A DNA stretch of 64,000 nucleotides. Origin: a virus. The stretch covers positions 5,767-69,766 of IMG/VR virus record IMGVR_UViG_2900837372_000002; one strand, written 5' to 3'. Below, one piece after another: positions 59,597-64,000 of the stretch. Numbering within the stretch: the first letter of the stretch is position 1; the number at the start of each line of letters is the position of its first letter. Below the pieces are notes generated by a model. The model had not been told where the DNA came from and did not search any database. It was given only the letters and a program-made list of their open reading frames with translations. Made by a program: the position numbers and the translations under genes.

Positions 59597-59888
59597 CTAT
59601 TCACTCCCCTTACATATAGATTTGTAAGTCAAAATGATAGAAAAAACGTATAAACTATTGACTAATAGTATACAATCGTATACTATATAAACATAGTTAA
59701 ATAAGCCTACAACAAACCCTTTATTATGCAATCGGTCGCCAAACTTAATGCTATAAGGTGTATTTTTAGTTTGCTTTTTTTCTATCAAATTAACTTACAA
59801 ACAAATAATAATACAAACTTATACTTATGTCAACAGTATAATTTACATTTTGTGTACTTTTATTTGTTTAGGATTGGAGAACATTATT
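59597..59888. promoter_or_regulatory. Lysogeny/lytic switch: divergent promoters and operator palindrome
   Basis: Palindrome AGTATACAATCGTATACT at 59667-59684. TTGACT and TATACT hexamers. TATAAT at ~59836. Confidence 0.5.
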
Positions 59889-60209
59889 ATGACACTGTTT
59901 GAAAGGATAAAATCATTAGCTAGCCAAAGAGATAAAAGCATGAAAGAAGTCGCTTTAGAATTAGGATTTAGCGAAAATCTTTTCTATCGATGGAAAACAA
60001 CAGAACCCAAAGCAAGAGATTTGCAAAAGGTAGCTGACTATTTCAATGTCTCTGTAGACTATCTTCTAGGTAGAGAAGAAAAAGAAACGCCTAAACATGT
60101 GGATTTATCAGAAGATGATACTGTATTTTCTTTTGATGGAAAAGAAATATCTAAGGAGACAATGCGTAAAGCGATTGCAATTGCTAAAGCTTTAGAGGAA
60201 AATGAATAG
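59889..60209 (+). CDS. CI-like XRE-family repressor
   Basis: 106 aa from the MTLFERIKSLA start. N-terminal HTH_XRE (KSMKEVALELGFSENLFYRWK). Confidence 0.7.
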   Translation: MTLFERIKSLASQRDKSMKEVALELGFSENLFYRWKTTEPKARDLQKVADYFNVSVDYLLGREEKETPKHVDLSEDDTVFSFDGKEISKETMRKAIAIAKALEENE

Positions 60210-60214
60210 TTGGA

Positions 60215-60649
60215 GTGATGGGTTGTATGTATTTAAAGTTGAAAGAAATGCTGAGTGAGTATAATTTAAAGTTAATCTATATGGAAATGGAAGAACCAGG
60301 TTTTTATTATCCAAAACCAAGAATAGTATTTTTGAATGAAAAACTACACGAAGACAGTTCTGAAGCTTTTCATTTAGCCCATGAGCTCGGTCATTTCATT
60401 GCTTCACATTTTGAATATTCAGTACTGTACGATAACTCTACAACTTTTCATTCAAAATTCGAAGCTGAAGCTGATAGAATCGCAATTATGATTTTACTAA
60501 ATATCTTTATTGAGAACGAATTGACTGATGAATCTCAGTTCAAATTAGAAAATTTCATGGAATTCTACTCTATCAATAATAAGTTAAGAACAGAATGTTT
60601 TAATGTTTGCCAGTCATATTTCAAGAAAAAATACTCTTATGCACAGTAA
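60215..60649 (+). CDS. ImmA/IrrE-family metallopeptidase (anti-repressor protease)
   Basis: HEXXH motif LAHELGHF. Immediately follows the repressor. Confidence 0.75.
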   Translation: MMGCMYLKLKEMLSEYNLKLIYMEMEEPGFYYPKPRIVFLNEKLHEDSSEAFHLAHELGHFIASHFEYSVLYDNSTTFHSKFEAEADRIAIMILLNIFIENELTDESQFKLENFMEFYSINNKLRTECFNVCQSYFKKKYSYAQ

Positions 60650-60731
60650 AAAAAGCCCGTGCTGCAACACGGACTCATACCTCATTTCTGAGATCACAAA
60701 TATATTATAACAAGAAGTGAGGGATATTTAA

Positions 60732-61367
60732 ATGGCAAAAAAAGTTATGGGTCAAGATGGGAAAATGTATAAGGTTAAAAAACCGTTTTATAAACGGGTA
60801 TGGTTTTGGGTATTAATAGTACTTTTGTTTTTTGGTATTGGTGGTGCTCTAAGTGGCGGTGAAAACAAAGATTCAGCTACTGCAACATCAACAAGTACTA
60901 ATAAAGAAACTACAAAAGAAACTACAACAAAAGAAGAAAAGACTTATAAAATCGGTGATGACGTTGCTGTAGGGAAAATGGAATACAAAGTAAACTCCGT
61001 TGAAGTAGTAAAACAAGTTGGCCCATCTGTACTTCCTACTAACGCAAAAGACACTTTCTTAGTAGTTGACTTATCTGTAAAAAATGCAGGTGATAAGGCT
61101 GTGACTGTTGATAGCTCATTCTTCAAATTAAAAGCAGATGGAAAAACTTTCGAAGCTGATTCGGCTGCATCTATGTCGGCAAATCAAGATGAAAATGGTA
61201 ATATCACTAACTCTTTCTTTATGGAAAGCTTAAATCCTGATATGCAACAAACTGGTAAAATAGTTTTTGATATCTCTGAAGCCCAAGCAAATGCACAAAA
61301 TAATGTATTGCAAGCACAAACAGGTTACTTTGGAACAGAGACAGTTTCAATTGCTCTTCATAACTAA
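60732..61367 (+). CDS. DUF4352-like membrane-anchored extracytoplasmic protein
   Basis: 211 aa. N-terminal TM. Thr/Ser-rich linker followed by a beta-rich domain. Between the integrase and the immunity genes. Confidence 0.5.
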   Translation: MAKKVMGQDGKMYKVKKPFYKRVWFWVLIVLLFFGIGGALSGGENKDSATATSTSTNKETTKETTTKEEKTYKIGDDVAVGKMEYKVNSVEVVKQVGPSVLPTNAKDTFLVVDLSVKNAGDKAVTVDSSFFKLKADGKTFEADSAASMSANQDENGNITNSFFMESLNPDMQQTGKIVFDISEAQANAQNNVLQAQTGYFGTETVSIALHN

Positions 61368-61454
61368 TTAGTATAAAAAACACGCCCCACCGACCAAAGC
61401 GAGCGTGTTCTAAGAAAAAACAAACCTACACAATAGGCTTCTTTATAGTACCTA

Positions 61455-62696
61455 TTGTATCAGAGAAAGAGAGCTGATTCAATTATGTCAGAAGTAACAG
61501 GATACTTAGAACAAGTAGACAATGAAACATATAGACTAAGAGCTGTATTAGGGTACAAACCTGATGGCTCGGCAAAAAGAAAAAGCAAAACTATAAAAGC
61601 GAATAGTAAAAGAGCGGCATATAAAGAATTGAACATCTGGTTAGAGCAATTCGAAGGAATGACCGATGATTCGTTGGATTTATTCAATATAACTTTTGGT
61701 GAATTTTATAGAAAAATATGGCTTTCAGAGGCCGAAAAAAATTTAGAGCCAAAGTCTTATCATAACTATAAGCGAATGATCGAGAATAGATTTCTTGATA
61801 AATTTGATTTTATCCCTCTAATCGATATAAAACCATACATGATAAAGAAAATTGTTGTTAATGCTCAAAGAATCAATACAAAAGATCCTGGAAGAAACTC
61901 TGATAAACCTTTATCAAGAAATACAAAGCTTCGTATGTTATACGCCGTTAACAACTTATTTTTGATGGCTAAAAATGAGTACGGAGCAATTAAAGAAAAT
62001 CCTGTGGAAAATGTAAAAATACCAAAAGAAAAAGGCGTAAAAAAGAATATCGAAGAACCTTATTCGGAAGAAGAAATTCATGCAATGCTAAAAGCAGCAT
62101 TTGAGGAAAGCATAGAAATTAAAACTTTAATTGTTCTAGCATTTATTACAGGAGCAAGACAAGGAGAAATTGCAGCTTTAGAAGAAAAAGATATTGACTT
62201 TGACAAACAAGAAATAAGATTTCATCAGCGGATTTCAGAAGTGGATGGAAAATCAGATATTCGGTTGCTGCCAGGTTTGAAAAATGATGATGATGAAAAA
62301 ATAGTAACCGGTCCTGCTTATCTATTTGATATGTTAGATGAATTGATCAAAGAGAATAAAAAAATTCGTTGGAAATTAAATATAAAGAAATTAAGACACT
62401 ATTTTATATTTGATACAAAACAAGACGGAACTTTACCACGTGGAAGTTATCTGTATAAGAAGTTCAAACGATTCACCAAACGTCACAATTTGCGTCACAT
62501 TCGTTTTCACGACATTAGACATACATCAGCTACCTATTTGCTTAGCGATCCTAATATGACTCCAAAAGAGCTTCAAAAACGATTAGGACACCGAGATTTT
62601 AATACTACAATGAATGTTTATGGCCATGTCTTACGCAAAGAAAAAGATACAGCAACTACAGCGTTTGAAAAACTATTAAAAAAAGATATAAAATAA
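61455..62696 (+). CDS. int: Tyrosine-family site-specific integrase
   Basis: C-terminal FHDIRHT...LGHRDFNTTMNVYGHV (R, H-x-x-R, Y catalytic residues). Adjacent to attR. The start is probably the internal MSEVTGY at 61485. Confidence 0.85.
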   Translation: MYQRKRADSIMSEVTGYLEQVDNETYRLRAVLGYKPDGSAKRKSKTIKANSKRAAYKELNIWLEQFEGMTDDSLDLFNITFGEFYRKIWLSEAEKNLEPKSYHNYKRMIENRFLDKFDFIPLIDIKPYMIKKIVVNAQRINTKDPGRNSDKPLSRNTKLRMLYAVNNLFLMAKNEYGAIKENPVENVKIPKEKGVKKNIEEPYSEEEIHAMLKAAFEESIEIKTLIVLAFITGARQGEIAALEEKDIDFDKQEIRFHQRISEVDGKSDIRLLPGLKNDDDEKIVTGPAYLFDMLDELIKENKKIRWKLNIKKLRHYFIFDTKQDGTLPRGSYLYKKFKRFTKRHNLRHIRFHDIRHTSATYLLSDPNMTPKELQKRLGHRDFNTTMNVYGHVLRKEKDTATTAFEKLLKKDIK

Positions 62697-62827
62697 CACT
62701 AAAAAATTATATTTTCGGGTATAAACTCGGGTAGGATATATAAAAACTTGGGATAATTTGCGGTATATAAGCATTTAAAAATGCTGTAAATTCGCTTATC
62801 TTCATTTAAAATACCATTAAATAACGA

Positions 62828-62888
62828 ACTCTTAATCAGCGGGTCGCGGGTTCGAGCCCCTCACGGCCCATTGGGTGCCAAACCCACG
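62828..62888 (+). repeat. attR: 61-bp direct repeat (tRNA-Lys(CTT)-like 3' fragment)
   Basis: Identical to 25059-25119. Confidence 0.8.
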
Positions 62889-62950
62889 GAACAGGTAAAT
62901 GTTGGTGCGAAAGCATTTCGAAAACATTTACGCTGTTCTTTTTTTATTTT
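62889..62950 (+). terminator. Rho-independent terminator-like hairpin downstream of attR
   Basis: GAACAGGTAAATGTT...AACATTTACGCTGTTC followed by TTTTTTTATTTT. Confidence 0.45.
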
Positions 62951-62961
62951 CGCCGTTTGTA

Positions 62962-64000
62962 TAATTAAGCGAGACAAATAAAAAAGCCATTTATGTTACA
63001 CTCAAATTGTAATACCCGCTAAAGCATACAAGGAGAGTGAACATAAATGACTTATACCCATCTTACACCAAACGAGCTTGTAATGATAGAAGCATATTTT
63101 CATCAAGAAACTCCGGTTGCTATCGTTGCGAAGCAGCTTAAACGTGGACGCCAAACAATTTACAATGTCTATAACTTTCTCAAATGTGGTGGAACAGCAC
63201 TTGAATACTTTGAACAATACAAAGAAAATAAGCGACGTTGTGGGAGAACCGAAATCATTTTTCCTGCTGAGGAAAAAGAATACATTGAAAAAAGATCAAC
63301 TGAAGGTTGGACCCCAGACGTCATTATTGGCCGTGCAGAGCGAACCTTCTCTTGTTCAGTAAGTACCCTCTATCGCCGGTTTAAGACGGGAGAATTCAAT
63401 GTTTTACATTTACCGATGCAAGGAAAACGAAAACCAAATGGTTATAAGGAAAAACGTGGAAAACAGGCATTCAAAAGAAATATTTCTGAACGTAAAAAAG
63501 ATTATGTCGTTTTCGAAGAAGAATTTGGACATTTAGAGGGTGATACGATTGTCGGCATCCACCATAAAAGTGCCGTCATCACACTCGTTGAGCGACTTTC
63601 AAAAGCCATTATCGCCTTGAAACCAGAAGGCCGTAAGGCAGTTGATATTGAAAATTCGATTAATGAATGGCTTCAATCCGTACCCAAAAATCTTTTCAAA
63701 TCAATTACCTTTGATTGTGGAAAAGAATTCTCTAATTGGAAAAGTATTAGTAATACGAATGATATTGATATTTATTTCGCAGACCCAGGAACGCCTTCCC
63801 AACGGGGATTAAATGAACATTCAAACGGGCTCCTCCGAAAAGATGGACTACCAAAAGAAATGGAATTCAACCAAGTCAATCAAGGATTCATCTCATCCGT
63901 TGCGTCCAAAAGAAACCATATCCCTAGAAAATCACTAAATTACCAAACACCATTAGAAGTTTTTTTGAGTTACGTAAATGGAAAGTTTTGTCTCGCTTAA
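62962..64000 (+). mobile_element. IS30-family insertion sequence (left end in the window; right end runs past the window)
   Basis: Left terminal repeat TTAAGCGAGACAAA at 62965-62978. Inverse copy TTTGTCTCGCTTAA at 63987-64000. The transposase ORF lies between. Confidence 0.6.
63047..64000 (+). CDS. IS30-family DDE transposase
   Basis: 317 aa. N-terminal HTH. HLEGDTIVG and the downstream acidic catalytic residues are typical of IS30. The stop codon is the last 3 nt of the window, inside the terminal inverted repeat. Confidence 0.8.
   Translation: MTYTHLTPNELVMIEAYFHQETPVAIVAKQLKRGRQTIYNVYNFLKCGGTALEYFEQYKENKRRCGRTEIIFPAEEKEYIEKRSTEGWTPDVIIGRAERTFSCSVSTLYRRFKTGEFNVLHLPMQGKRKPNGYKEKRGKQAFKRNISERKKDYVVFEEEFGHLEGDTIVGIHHKSAVITLVERLSKAIIALKPEGRKAVDIENSINEWLQSVPKNLFKSITFDCGKEFSNWKSISNTNDIDIYFADPGTPSQRGLNEHSNGLLRKDGLPKEMEFNQVNQGFISSVASKRNHIPRKSLNYQTPLEVFLSYVNGKFCLA

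Larger units (their letters stand above)
25059..62888. mobile_element. Integrated siphovirus-type temperate prophage (~37.8 kb)
   Basis: Bounded by identical 61-bp direct repeats. Integrase at the right end and lysis cassette at the left end. Full structural, packaging, replication and lysogeny modules lie between them. Confidence 0.85.

Noticed and set aside
61460-63217. Antisense ORFs 61460..61687 and 63002..63217
   Set aside because: They lie opposite the integrase and IS30 transposase coding regions and have no translation signals.

Overview
AT-rich, low-GC Firmicutes sequence (Enterococcus-like by protein families) that is a mosaic of three mobile elements. (1) 1-19 kb, all on the minus strand: a Gram-positive conjugative type IV secretion (MPF-FA-type) operon. 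It contains a coupling protein truncated at the window start, a VirB6-like polytopic protein, a VirB4-like ATPase and several small or bitopic VirB3/VirB8/TcpC-like membrane proteins. It also carries a CwlT-like lysozyme+CHAP hydrolase, a glucosaminidase+M23 hydrolase, two LPXTG surface proteins (one a 1005-aa adhesin with a putative thioester domain) and a LysM protein. (2) 19-24.7 kb: a divergent small regulator, a run of small acidic ORFs, about 0.9 kb of degraded non-coding DNA, and a RepA_N-type plasmid replication initiator plus a truncated paralog. (3) 25059-62888: a complete ~37.8-kb siphovirus-type prophage bounded by 61-bp direct repeats that look like the 3' part of a tRNA-Lys(CTT). 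Gene order, left to right, is: lysis - tail fibres/baseplate - TMP - tail - head - portal/terminase - accessory ('moron') genes - iteron origin/primase/helicase/Sak4 recombination - cro/cI-ImmA switch - integrase. The phage encodes its own CAU-anticodon tRNA. (4) 62.96-64.0 kb: an IS30-family insertion sequence running off the window. No CRISPR array and no rRNA were seen. The stretches most likely to hold uncharacterised functions are the phage accessory region at 47.1-52.5 kb and the acidic small-ORF run upstream of the T4SS operon. The accessory region holds an SPFH protein with a micro-peptide and MazG, an opposite-strand small membrane protein, and a 550-bp structured non-coding stretch.
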